Assembly: GCA_002269645.1 (NCBI GenBank)
Contig: NIVC01001154.1
Location: 62,001-126,000, forward strand
DNA length: 64,000 bases
Direction: 5' to 3'
DNA from: Macrostomum lignano
Taxonomy: Eukaryota
Positions within the stretch are counted from its first letter, which is position 1; the number at the start of each line of letters is the position of its first letter. Position numbers and translations under genes: made by a program. Shown here piece after piece: positions 1 to 11,070 of the stretch. The notes beneath the pieces were generated by a model, which was not told the origin of the DNA, ran no database searches, and was given only the letters and a program-made list of their open reading frames with translations.

Positions 1-1799
1 CACAGGGAGATGGGGCGGTGGGTAGAGACACACAGAGAGATGGGGCGGTGGGTAGAGACACAGGGAGATGGGGCGGTGGGTAGAGACACACAGAGAGATG
101 GGGCGGTGGGTAGAGACACAGGGAGATGGGGCGGTGGGTAGAGACACAGGGAGATGGGGCGGTGGGTAGAGACACACAGGGAGATGGGGCGGTGGGTAGA
201 GACACACAGAGAGATGGGGCAGTGGGTGGAGACACACAGGGAGATGGGGCGGTGGGTAGAGAAACTGGGAGATGGGGCAGTGGGTAGAGACACACAGGGA
301 GATGGGGCAGTGGGTAGAGACACACAGGGAGATGGGGCGGTGGGTAGAGACACACAGGGAGATGGGGCGGTGGGTAGAGACACACAGGGAGATGGGGCGG
401 TGGGTAGACACACAGGGAGATGGGGCGGTGGGTAGAGACACACAGGGAGATGGGGCGGTGGGTAGAGACACACAGAGAGATGGGGCAGTGGGTAGAGACA
501 CACAGGGAGATGGGGCGGTGGGTAGAGACACTGGGAGATGGGGCAGTGGGTAGAGACACACAGGGAGATGGGGCGGTGGGTAGAGACACTGGGAGATGGG
601 GCAGTGGGTAGAGACACAGGGAGATGGGGCGGTGGGTAGACACAGGGAGATGGGGCGGTGGGTAGACACACAGGGAGATGGGGCGGTGGGTAGAGACACA
701 CAGAGAGATGGGGCGGTGGGTAGAGACACAGGGAGATGGGGCGGTGGGTAGAGACACACAGGGAGATGGGGCGGTGGGTAGAGACACTGGGAGATGGGGC
801 GGTGGGTAGACACACAGGGAGATGGGGCGGTGGGTAGACACACAGGGAGATGGGGCGGTGGGTAGAGACACACAGAGAGATGGGGCGGTGGGTAGAGACA
901 CAGGGAGATGGGGCGGTGGGTAGAGACACACAGGGAGATGGGGCGGTGGGTAGAGACACACAGGGAGATGGGGCAGTGGGTAGAGACACAGGGAGATGGG
1001 GCGGTGGGTAGAGACACACAGGGAGATGGGGCGGTGGGTAGAGACACACCGGGAGATGGGGCGGTGGGTAGAGACACACAGAGAGATGGGGCAGTGGGTA
1101 GAGACACACTGGGAGATGGGGCGGTGGGTAGAGACACTGGGAGATGGGGCGGTGGGTAGACACACAGGGAGATGGGGCGGTGGGTAGAGACACACCGGGA
1201 GATGGGGCGGTGGGTAGAGACACACAGAGAGATGGGGCAGTGGGTAGAGACACACAGGGAGATGGGGCAGTGGGTAGAGACACTGGGAGATGGGGCGGTG
1301 GGTAGACACACAGGGAGATGGGGCGGTGGGTAGACACACAGAGAGATGGGGCAGTGGGTAGAGACACACAGGGAGATGGGGCGGTGGGTAGAGACACACA
1401 GGGAGATGGGGCGGTGGGTAGAGACACACAGGGAGATGGGGCGGTGGGTAGAGACACAGGGAGATGGGGCGGTGGGTAGAGACACAGGGAGATGGGGCGG
1501 TGGGTAGAGACACACAGGGAGATGGGGCGGTGGGTAGAGACACACAGAGAGATGGGGCGGTGGGTAGAGACACAGGGAGATGGGGCGGTGGGTAGAGACA
1601 CACAGGGAGATGGGGCAGTGGGTAGAGACACAGGGAGATGGGGCGGTGGGTAGAGACACACAGGGAGATGGGGCAGTGGGTAGAGACACAGGGAGATGGG
1701 GCGGTGGGTAGAGACACACAGGGAGATGGGGCAGTGGGTAGAGACACAGGGAGATGGGGCGGTGGGTAGAGACACACTGGGAGATGGGGCGGTGGGTAG
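1..1799. repeat. Minisatellite, 26-30 bp unit (GGGAGATGGGGCGGTGGGTAGAGACACACA and variants), runs off the window start
   Basis: Directly visible tandem units; the ORFs called here (MGRWVETHRE...) are translations of the repeat. Confidence 0.97.
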
Positions 1800-2452
1800 T
1801 TACCATAGCAAAAGACTCAGAACATCAGTTTGCACTAGAATTGATCGAAGGTGACAGCTGGCACAGTGACAATTGATGAGCTGAGTATATTTAGCCGGCT
1901 TATATAATGAAATGACACAAGAGACTGCATTCGCGCAATTAGCGGCAAAACACAATATATAACAGCGGTAAAAAGAGAGATAATTAAGTACACCTGCTAG
2001 TTTGTTATAACAGACGTGCCATTTGAAAATACTTTTACAGCTAAAACAACTGAGAGATACAGGACAGATTAATGGCATTCGATGACGCATTATAACATTA
2101 AAGAGTTTGCCATACTGTTTTGTGCATTTGCTGAATCGCACTTGAATCTTAAAACTAAATAAATATCAAACAAAAATGCGACAGTCTGTGTGTGTATATA
2201 GGCGGGTTATAAGAACAGAGCTGCACTAGACAAGACAGGAGGGCACAGAGCGAACGCATAGCTACATAACTAGCAATTTCGCTAAGGAAATGTGAAGCGA
2301 AGCTATAAATATGCTGCTTTTGCTGCTCAGTTGAGAACAATAATTGGCTTGAATATGAGGATTTCTAACAGGATTTAGATCCACCATTGATGTGCATGCG
2401 AGAGAGGATGGCAATATTGGCTTATTCCATTGCATTGATAATATGAGTTAAT

Positions 2453-3125
2453 GGGGTGGCTGAGGGGCGATTCTATGGGGTGGCTGAGGGGTGATTTTAA
2501 GAGGAGGCTGAGGGGCGATTCTATGGGGTGGCTGAGGGCGATTCTATGGGGTGGCTGAGGGGTGATTTTAAGAGGATGCTGAGGGGCGATTCTATGGGGT
2601 GGCTGAGGGCGATTCTATGGGGTGGCTGAGGAGCGATTCTATGGGGTGGCTGAGGGGTGATCTTATGGGGTGGGTGAGGGGCAATTTTATGGAGTGGCTG
2701 AGGGGCGATTCTATGGGTGGGTGAGGGGTGATTCTATGAGGAGGCTGAGGCGATTTTATGGGTGGCTGAGGGGCGATTCTATGAGTGGCTGAGGGGCGAT
2801 TCTATGAGTGGCTGAGGGGTGATTCTATGAGGAGGCTGAAGGGCGATTCTATGGGGTGGCTGAGGGGCGATTCTATGAGGAGGCTGAGGCGATTCTACTC
2901 GTATGGATGGCTGAGGGGCGATTCTATGGGGTGGCTGAGGGGCGATTCTATAAGGTGGCTGAGGGGTGATTTTATAACGAGGCTGAGGGGCGATTCTATG
3001 GGGGTGGCTGAGGGGCGATTCTATGGGGTGGCTGAGGTCTGATGGCGATTCTATGGGGTGGCTGAGGCCTGATGGCGATTCTATGGGGTGGGTGAGGGGG
3101 CTGAGGCCTGATGGCGATTCTATGG
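2453..3125. repeat. Minisatellite, ~24 bp unit (GGGTGGCTGAGGGGCGATTCTATG), degenerate
   Basis: Tandem units visible directly. Confidence 0.93.
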
Positions 3126-3320
3126 GTGCAGTGAAGGTGCAGTGTTAGAGGCGCTATAAAGAATACGACAGATAAGAACAAAAATATAATTACAAGAAAT
3201 TATTGGGCTTTGAGGTAAATAAATTGAAAACAGCTATTTTGTGAAAGAAGACAGGATGCACAATGCTGAAAAGGACACGAACAGAAATTCAACAGAAGCT
3301 AGTTACTATTGAACCCGGGT

Positions 3321-4056
3321 TCACATTTGGCCGGCCTGCTCTCCAGGCGAGTAGAATCTGCCGCCGGCGCCTCGCACCCTGTTCATGGCGTGCTTGTGCC
3401 GCGACTCGTGCAGGTACTTTTGCCGCTGCTTCGGGATCCGTCCCTCCGCCTCCAGTTTCGCCCTAGTGATGATGTGATGTTGTGGTGCTGGATTCAACAA
3501 TTACACTACAACGTACAACAAATACAGACAGATATGGATCGCATTGATCAATGACTGAGCTCATGGCGTCTGATAAAATAGATCAATGACTGAGCTCATG
3601 GTTACTCTATACCCGCCTTAACAAACCTGGCCGCCCGCCGTTTCAAGATGCGGTGATACTGCTTGGCATTAACATAGAGCGGCTCTTCGCCAGTCGCTGC
3701 ATCGCCTGACGACATCGCCGAGGCTGACTGTTGCTCGTCGCAAGTCAGCGCCGCGTCAGCCGACAACACGGATGCATTGGTGGATACAGACACGGCGGCT
3801 GCTGGCACAGTGTCAGCTGGCTGATGCTTCGGCGAAGCGACAACTGCGTCAGACAGGACTGCAGCACTGGTTGGCACTGAGGCTGCAGTGGCCTGCTGCT
3901 GCTGCTGCTGCAACTGACTGGTCTGGACAACCTGCGGCTGAGGCGCAGGGGCAGCAGCAGTCTGGGATACCACTAGCATTAGCTGGCCATCAGGGCCAGT
4001 TGCACACTGCACAGGCAAGTGTACAATCTGCCCATTAGATGTCTGCAGCGCCAGAA

Positions 4057-4103
<47 letters not shown>

Positions 4104-4195
4104 AATCCAGTTGTGTCAATCTGCATACCACCAGCTGCACCATAAGCCATGGGTAGCTGAATGATCTGCTGCTGCTGTGGCTGTGTGCTCAGCAT
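3321..4195 (-). CDS. NFYA: Nuclear transcription factor Y subunit alpha (CBF-B/HAP2), ~236 aa; exons 4195-3627 and 3462-3321
   Basis: Q-rich N-terminus with a CAG run, then [21 protein letters not shown]; splicing AG|GTTTGT (intron starts 3626) to CTAG|G (intron ends 3463) restores [36 protein letters not shown], the conserved NF-YA core; phase and length check out, TGA at 3323-3321. Confidence 0.95.
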
Positions 4196-5670
4196 TTTAA
4201 TTGGATTCTAAATGAGTAGCAAGCAGCAAAATCAAATGTTAGATTATGCAGCTATTTACCAAAAATGATATTTAAAATAGCTATTAAATATTATGATTGA
4301 ATATTAATTATAAATATAAACATATTCTAATTGTTGCCACTAATAAGAGCTGATATCCTTGCGCAGCCAATGAAACATATAATATGAAAATTTAGTGAAT
4401 CTAGCATTGTCTAAATGCAGAAAGGATGACAATTTTGATAATTGAGTTGTTTTTTTTCATAACCCATATATGACAATCTTGAATATGAAGATTTCGGCTG
4501 GAGCCAATAACAATATACTTTAGCTAGTCAATAGCATACTATAGTCTATTAGGAACCAAATTTGTCAATAGTGCATAGTAAGGTAAACTGAAATTGTCAA
4601 CATAGTTGATAAATTAGATGATAAATGATAAATTAGATGACAAATTTGATGTTGATGAATTCAGTGGTACTCTATGGCTAAATATGCTGTAGAAAAAAGC
4701 ATTGTTGGCAAATCTTAGCAAGAACTAACTTGGCGAGCAATTTGCTTGCAGGCAATTTACTTGTAGGCAAATTGCACTGCAGGAAATTATTGGCGGGCAA
4801 ATTTGTCTATATTGCCATGGGTAATTTCAATGCACTATAAGTAAATCTCAGCAAACAAATCTCTATAGGCAATTTGCTCTTGGGCAAAATGTACTATGGG
4901 CAAATTTAGGCAAGAAAAACTTGGTAGGCAAATCTTGATAGGCAAATAGGCCTTATCTTGCAAGCAAATCTTGGCAGGTATTTGTTTACGGCTATGGGCA
5001 ATTCTTATAGACACTTTATTATTGATAAAATAAGGTAATTAAAATCACTACATTAAATATAAAACTTTTAAAATGTCTAAACAAAAAAACAAACCACAGA
5101 TGATAATTAAATAAGATAGACAAGCTTAATGGCTATCTGTTAGGGTAAAATATCATCAACTGGACAAGAAAGTTATGTTTCATAAAATAAAACTGAATGT
5201 GACTTATATTTTGCAGATATAAGAGCCAAAGAAAAACAAAGTTGTAGAAAACTTTCTCAGCTTTAAGAAAAGTGTTGACTCAAGTATTTTGGTTTAGAAA
5301 AAAATAAATTATTGCCATTTTTATCCAAAACTGGACAATGATATATGTGTATCTACAAACCGGACAGTGCATTTGATGTCTAGTTTTAAAGTTTTAATTG
5401 TAGGGTCTACTAGTAGCTTCTATTTTATTTCTAGTAGCTAATATTTTATAAACTGGATAGATCATAGATAGGCCTAGTCAAGACAACAGTAACAGTGCTG
5501 GGAAAATATTTTTTATAGTTAAATTTACAAATTGTCTAATTCAGATGTCTACTAGGCTAGATTGTTTCAACAATACATTAGACGAGTTAGGCTTACTAAT
5601 ACCTTGGCGCGTTGCGTCAATTTTGTACTACAAGGTAACTAATGGTACTGGTACGTTACATTATTCGATT

Positions 5671-5848
5671 ATTGGTTGATTAAATTGGACTGATTTTAGT
5701 TCGAGAAATCCCTCATGTCAACCACTGCACTTCAGGATCAGTAAATGGGACAAAATCAATTTGGCCTTCACTAAAACAGAGTATTCGCGCAACGCAATGG
5801 GAAATAAGTGCGTGACTTCTCTGATTGGATGGACCTGTGACCAATTGG
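5671..5848 (-). promoter_or_regulatory. CCAAT-box cluster, probable NF-YA promoter region
   Basis: ATTGG/CCAAT at 5671, 5684, 5824, 5841 and 5844, about 1.5 kb upstream of the NF-YA ATG; promoter role is inferred and would need a non-coding first exon. Confidence 0.45.
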
Positions 5849-5883
5849 AGCAATTGCTTGTTGTGGTCATCGAATGAAAAAAA

Positions 5884-6124
5884 TGTAAGACTTGCACTTT
5901 GTCGAGACGTAATTCAAACTCGATTCTGATTTTATATTTCGAGGTGCCGCGTCACTACTCCACTTAAAGTACCAACATGGTCTGATGCGAGAGCGCTTTT
6001 TTAAATTGGGGCGCACTTTCGGAAGTTACAACAAAAACATTATCGATAATATACACTAACAATCCTATAACCCCCAACTAAACAAAAATGCATCCATTGA
6101 AATTCAATGATGAGATTTGCTACA
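5884..6124 (-). repeat. 3' LTR of the gypsy element
   Basis: Matches 12438-12678; preceded on the minus strand by the polypurine tract (+ strand 6125-6136). Confidence 0.96.
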
Positions 6125-7047
6125 TTATCCCCCCCAACGGAAATTGACAATGTCCTCATTGGCAAAAAAACTGCATTACACAAGGAGAAAGTTACATGTA
6201 GTTTACCTCAATTTTACAGTCACAAAGTGCACGATATATGCATATAAGTAGTGAGCACATCAGTACTCGGCTTAATGCTACAGATCGGCGACAGAGGCGA
6301 AGCACCGCACTGTGAGCAGCCAAGACGCATCGCAAAAAAAAACGGGCAACCAATGCTTCCATAACATTTCGGATGCTTGATTCCCCACAGAAATGCACAA
6401 TACAGGGTTATAAACACATGAAAACAGCCCAAAGGGGACTTGCGACATGCCAACTTGACAGTTGAATACATTGAATTGTGCGATTTCAATGGAACCAGGA
6501 ACAGCAATCGGGCGATTTAAGGGTACAATTGCGATTAAATGAACGAATAGTTGGATTGATAGGTTATGCCTTAATAAGAAGCAATAAAAGAATTTTTTTT
6601 AAGTTATGCGATTATTTTGATATTGAAATATTGAGCGATAAAAGCGAAAGAAATATTTGCACAGAAGGCATGAAAATAATAAGTAACACTGAAGTATTTC
6701 GCGAATGCATTAAAACAGCTGAAATAGAGCAGCACAATTAGATCAATAATAAAAACACGACCGTAAATTCCAACAGAATTCTAAAGGGTATGCAGTACAG
6801 CGGCACGGCTGCGCTCAACTAGGGCCAAACTGAACAATTACTAATCCCCACAGTCCACAACCCGCCAAGCATCGACCACCGCCACGCAAAAGAGGACTCA
6901 AGACAGATGGGGCAGCCAAAACGCGAACAAAATTGCGATTAAAACTTAAAACATTGTACATGCTGAACTTCAATTAGAGAAAAATTTTACACTCTGCATT
7001 TTTTTTAGTCCAAGAAACCTCAGCACAGTCCATATCCTCACACTTTA

Positions 7048-10000
7048 TCAAATGACGACCCAATCAGCGTCAAGCACTTCACTGCTGTCGTCGCTGGCCG
7101 CTCCGCTCCGAGGCTGATCTGGGGGCAGTGGCTGATGCGCTCGCTTCAGTTTGTTGACGTGGACCACCCGGCCAGCATCGCCATCCTTGTACTCAACGGG
7201 GCGGACCAGGTAATTGACAGGCGATGTACGCCGCAGAACTCGAAACGGTCCGGTCCACGGTGCCTGATGCTTCGGTGGCAGGCCACTCGTCCGCGACAGG
7301 GCCGACGGCGGCACAAAGAGCCACACCAGGTCGCCTGCTCGAAAACGGCGCCGCGCCGCCTTCTGGTCGTAATAGCGCCGCTGCCGTCTTTGTGCCGCTG
7401 CTGTCGCCAGCCTCACGGATTCGAAGGCGCTGAGCAGTCGATCTCGGTTGTCCGCGGCGAATTGTCCTGTAGTTCTCGGTGGCTCCGGCAGTCGGTAGAC
7501 AATGTCCAGCGGCAAGGTCACCTCTCGGCCTGTCATCAGAAAGTGCGGCGTGAACCCGGAGGTTGCGTTGACACTACTGCGGTAAGCAAGGAGACAGTGT
7601 GGCAACACCTCCTCCCACTCGTCGAACTGGACGGTCTGAAGGTGGCAGCGGAGCATCTGGTGGAGTGTGCGATGGAACCGTTCTACCAGACCGTCACACT
7701 GCGGATGGTAACCAGACGTCCGCGTCTTCTGTACGTCGAGCAGTCTGCACAGGCTCCGGATTATTTTCCCGTCAACGGCCTTGCCACGGTCGGAGTGGAG
7801 GATGTGCGGTGCGCCCCACCGTGACACCCAATTGTCAAACAGCGCCCTGGCAATTGTTGCTGCTTTCTCATCCGGCATAGGCACCAGCTCCACCCACTTC
7901 GTGAAGTAGTCCATGATCGTCAACAGACGATCATTTCCATGCCGAGACACGCCGATCTTAACCACATCGATGCCTATGCGCTGCATCGGGAAACTGCTCA
8001 CTATCGATCGAAGTGGTGCCCGCTGATGGCCGCTGGTTTTGGCGCGCTGGCACACCTGGCATGCTCTGACTGCAACTCTGATGCTCTCGGACATTTTCGG
8101 CCAGTAACACCTCGACTTGAGGCCTGCCAGTGTCTTCGCTTCGCCCAGATGACCAACTTCGTGAATCTCATCGATCAGCTGCTGTTGCTGGCAACGCGGG
8201 ATTACAGGCACGGGCTTCGACTCCACCAGTCTGTGCAGGGCTCCATCAACGAAACATAGTTCTTTGATCTTCTGCGCCAGGATCAGGCTCCCTGGTGGTA
8301 GTCGGGCTCGTTGCTGGTCGCTGAGTCTTGTCTTGCCTTTGGCGAGAAGACGAAATACTGGTCCGATGTCAGCGTCTTTGAGCTGCCGCTCACGCAGCGT
8401 CAGAGACTCGTTCGACTGCATTGCTCTCGCCTGGCCGGTCTCATCGTCGCCATCATCATCCTGGTCATCACTATCGCTGAACTCCTCGCTTTCGCTTGGC
8501 CTCGGCTGCAGCTGCTGCTTCCGTCTAGATGGAGCGCGGCCAGCAGTCCTAGGGTCGTTCTGAGGGTCGGCTGCTGAAGGCGCAGGGTCTGTCGTCGCCA
8601 CGTTGACCAGCGCGAGTTTAGTACCACCAGCTTCCACTTGACAGGGTGTTGATGCCGTTTGCACTGGTGTTTCAGCGAATTTTTCTGCTTGGCAAGCTAC
8701 GTTCGCAGCCGGCCTCGCTGTCTCCGCAATTGGCTCCGTTTGACAAGCTACCGTAGCTGACGGCTTCCGTACTTCAGCTGCCGATTCTGGCCGACAAACC
8801 CGGCACTGGCTCGTACATTTCGATGTCCGGCGTGAAAGTGCATCGGCATTCGAGTGCTGACGTCCAGGACGGAACACTATCTCGAAGTCAAACTCGTCGA
8901 GGATTTGCAACCATCTCGCTAATTGACCCTCCGGTTCCTTGAAGTTCAGCAGGTGCGTCAGGGCTTGATGATCGACTCTGATCGTGAATGGCCGTGCCAG
9001 CAGATAACTTCGAAATTTCTTTACAAATTCGACAACTGCCAGTAGCTCGCGCCGTGTCACGCAGTAATTGCGTTCAGCCCGAGACAGCGTGCGACTTGCA
9101 TACGCCACGACTCGCTCTTCACCAGCCTGAATTTGCGACAAAACAGCACCAACTGCGCAATCACTGGCGTCGGTGTCCAAGATGTACGCTCCGCCAGTGT
9201 CGCTGGTGTCCGGAAAGGCCAGGATCGGCGCGGATGTAAGCACTTGCTTCAACTGGTTGAAGGCCACTTCGGCGGCTGGTGTCCATTCAAAGCCGGTTGT
9301 CAGAGTCAGTCGCCTTAGCGGTTCTGCAATCTTGGCGTAGTCGCGAACAAATCTCCTGTAGTACGATGTCATGCCCAGGAAACTTTTGACGTCCTTTGGC
9401 GAGTGCGGTGTTGGCCAGTCGCGCACTGCTGCTGTCTTCGACTCGTCGACTGCAATGCCAGTCCTGGAGACTCGGTGACCCAGAACGATGATGCTGGAAT
9501 TGGCGAAACGACATTTGGACGGCTTAAGACGCAAGTTGGCTTCGCGAAGACGCTCTAGCACCGCTCTTAGCCGATTGTTGTGTTCGGCCATCGTCCGGCC
9601 CATGACGATAACATCATCTATGAAGACAAGGCACGCTTGCCACGTGAGTCCCCGGAGCACTAATTGCATCAAGCGCTGGAATGTAGCCGGTGCATTGCGG
9701 AGGCCGAATGGCATTACGTTGAACTCAAAAATGCCTTCGTGGCAGACGAATGCCGTTTTTTCTTTGTCTTTCTCATTCATTTCAACTTGCCAATATCCGC
9801 TTTCCAGGTCGAGTGCGGAGAAAAAACTGTTGCCCTCCAGCGCATCCAGCGTGTCGTCAACGCGAGGCATTGGAAATGCATCGGGCTTGGTTACCGAGTT
9901 GAGCTGCCGGTAGTCGAGACAAAAACGTGCCGACCCGTCTTTTTTTCGAACCAGGACAATCGGCGACGCCCACGGTGAAGATGATGGCTGAATGACACCT

Positions 10001-11070
10001 CTGCTCAGCATGTCTTCGACCAGCTCTCTTTGCTGCGCAATTGCCGTAGGAGCTGCACGGCGTAGACCTTGCCGGATCGGTCTCGCATCACCGGTGTCGA
10101 TGGTATGGCTCAGCAGACGGGTGCAGCCCTGGTTGCCAGGTGATGCGAACACGTCGTTGAATTCCAAAAGGAGGTCTCTGATCTGCTGCTGTTCACTCGC
10201 TGAAATTTCGTCGGCAATGTGCACTTCTCGAAGCCATGGTGCATTGCCATCTATTGAGGTTGTCGCTGTTGCCATGCTGGTAGACTGGAGCTGCGTCCCG
10301 CCTTGGCTGCTGAGTGGCGTGAACCATCCGATGGTGTCGCCTTCTCTGACAGCCACCGGTGCATCGCTAGCGTTGATGATTGCGACGCCCATGCCATTGT
10401 TCGATATTTTGGCTACACAGCGAGCAATCAAGACCTTCGATGACCTGCTACCGTTGACGATGCCGGGTGCCTCCGAACTTGTCCATGCGGTCACGTGTAA
10501 CGGTCGGACTGGAACGGTCCAACCTTCACCAGGCTGTAACTGAACTGCTGCTGCCGCCACCAGTTTGCTTGACTGCGCTGCCTGCTTCGACTTCCGCAGC
10601 GGCACTGTTGCTCCAAGGCCATTGAAAACGAGACATCCCGAACCGAGATGAATTGAGCAGTCTTGCTTGTCAAGAAAGTCGCATCCCAGAATTATAGGTA
10701 CATTTAAGTCTGTCACCACCAGAAAGGTGTGTTGAAACTGGACGGATCCGAGAGAGAAGTACAAATGAATCTCACCCAGCACGCTCGCCGGATTGCCACT
10801 CACGCCATAGATGGTAGTTTTGCTGGGTTTGAACTGCCGCCTGATTGATCGCGCGATGTTGAGACTGATACAGGAAACTTCGGCACCTGTGTCGATCAAG
10901 CAGGGCCGACGACGTCTGCAGATGCGCGCGGTGACGAAACGCGCTTGACCGGGCTGGCAGCTGGGGCGTGAGGGCGGGGCCGATTTGCTCAGTGCCGAGA
11001 GGGCCGGTACTGGCCCTGTGGACCAGCCCCCCTGGCGTTTGGGCAGTTCCTTCGAATGTGACCTGGAAGA
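7048..11070 (-). CDS. pol: Gypsy Pol (protease, RT, RNase H, integrase), in the -1 frame relative to gag
   Basis: LIDTGAEVS protease; FCLDYRQLN and CLVFIDDVIV RT; ILDTDASDCAVGAVL RNase H; HEVGHLG...CQVC HHCC; RIGID/HSDRG/GLVERFH DDE core; WTGPF C-terminal motif; frame open from the TAA at 11073-11071 to 7048. Confidence 0.96.
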   Translation of the reverse strand, partial: SSRSHSKELPKRQGGWSTGPVPALSALSKSAPPSRPSCQPGQARFVTARICRRRRPCLIDTGAEVSCISLNIARSIRRQFKPSKTTIYGVSGNPASVLGEIHLYFSLGSVQFQHTFLVVTDLNVPIILGCDFLDKQDCSIHLGSGCLVFNGLGATVPLRKSKQAAQSSKLVAAAAVQLQPGEGWTVPVRPLHVTAWTSSEAPGIVNGSRSSKVLIARCVAKISNNGMGVAIINASDAPVAVREGDTIGWFTPLSSQGGTQLQSTSMATATTSIDGNAPWLREVHIADEISASEQQQIRDLLLEFNDVFASPGNQGCTRLLSHTIDTGDARPIRQGLRRAAPTAIAQQRELVEDMLSRGVIQPSSSPWASPIVLVRKKDGSARFCLDYRQLNSVTKPDAFPMPRVDDTLDALEGNSFFSALDLESGYWQVEMNEKDKEKTAFVCHEGIFEFNVMPFGLRNAPATFQRLMQLVLRGLTWQACLVFIDDVIVMGRTMAEHNNRLRAVLERLREANLRLKPSKCRFANSSIIVLGHRVSRTGIAVDESKTAAVRDWPTPHSPKDVKSFLGMTSYYRRFVRDYAKIAEPLRRLTLTTGFEWTPAAEVAFNQLKQVLTSAPILAFPDTSDTGGAYILDTDASDCAVGAVLSQIQAGEERVVAYASRTLSRAERNYCVTRRELLAVVEFVKKFRSYLLARPFTIRVDHQALTHLLNFKEPEGQLARWLQILDEFDFEIVFRPGRQHSNADALSRRTSKCTSQCRVCRPESAAEVRKPSATVACQTEPIAETARPAANVACQAEKFAETPVQTASTPCQVEAGGTKLALVNVATTDPAPSAADPQNDPRTAGRAPSRRKQQLQPRPSESEEFSDSDDQDDDGDDETGQARAMQSNESLTLRERQLKDADIGPVFRLLAKGKTRLSDQQRARLPPGSLILAQKIKELCFVDGALHRLVESKPVPVIPRCQQQQLIDEIHEVGHLGEAKTLAGLKSRCYWPKMSESIRVAVRACQVCQRAKTSGHQRAPLRSIVSSFPMQRIGIDVVKIGVSRHGNDRLLTIMDYFTKWVELVPMPDEKAATIARALFDNWVSRWGAPHILHSDRGKAVDGKIIRSLCRLLDVQKTRTSGYHPQCDGLVERFHRTLHQMLRCHLQTVQFDEWEEVLPHCLLAYRSSVNATSGFTPHFLMTGREVTLPLDIVYRLPEPPRTTGQFAADNRDRLLSAFESVRLATAAAQRRQRRYYDQKAARRRFRAGDLVWLFVPPSALSRTSGLPPKHQAPWTGPFRVLRRTSPVNYLVRPVEYKDGDAGRVVHVNKLKRAHQPLPPDQPRSGAASDDSSEVLDADWVVI

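Noticed and set aside
154-1187. ORFs in tandem arrays (also 39710-40284, 42336-42894, 43505-44144, 50647-51081, 55167-57758)
   Set aside because: Periodic translations of repeats; open in several frames with no splice or domain support
3463-3626. C/D snoRNA-like GTGATGA…CTGA and a ~21-bp direct repeat in the NF-YA intron
   Set aside because: Boxes are antisense to the host transcript and lack a terminal stem; the repeat is a small local duplication
4700-4990. Degenerate GGCAAAT-rich repeats upstream of the NF-YA ATG
   Set aside because: Too decayed to define a unit or function
6478-6741. env-like or accessory gene in the gypsy 3' region
   Set aside because: Antisense, 87 aa, starts at GTG, no signal peptide or transmembrane segment
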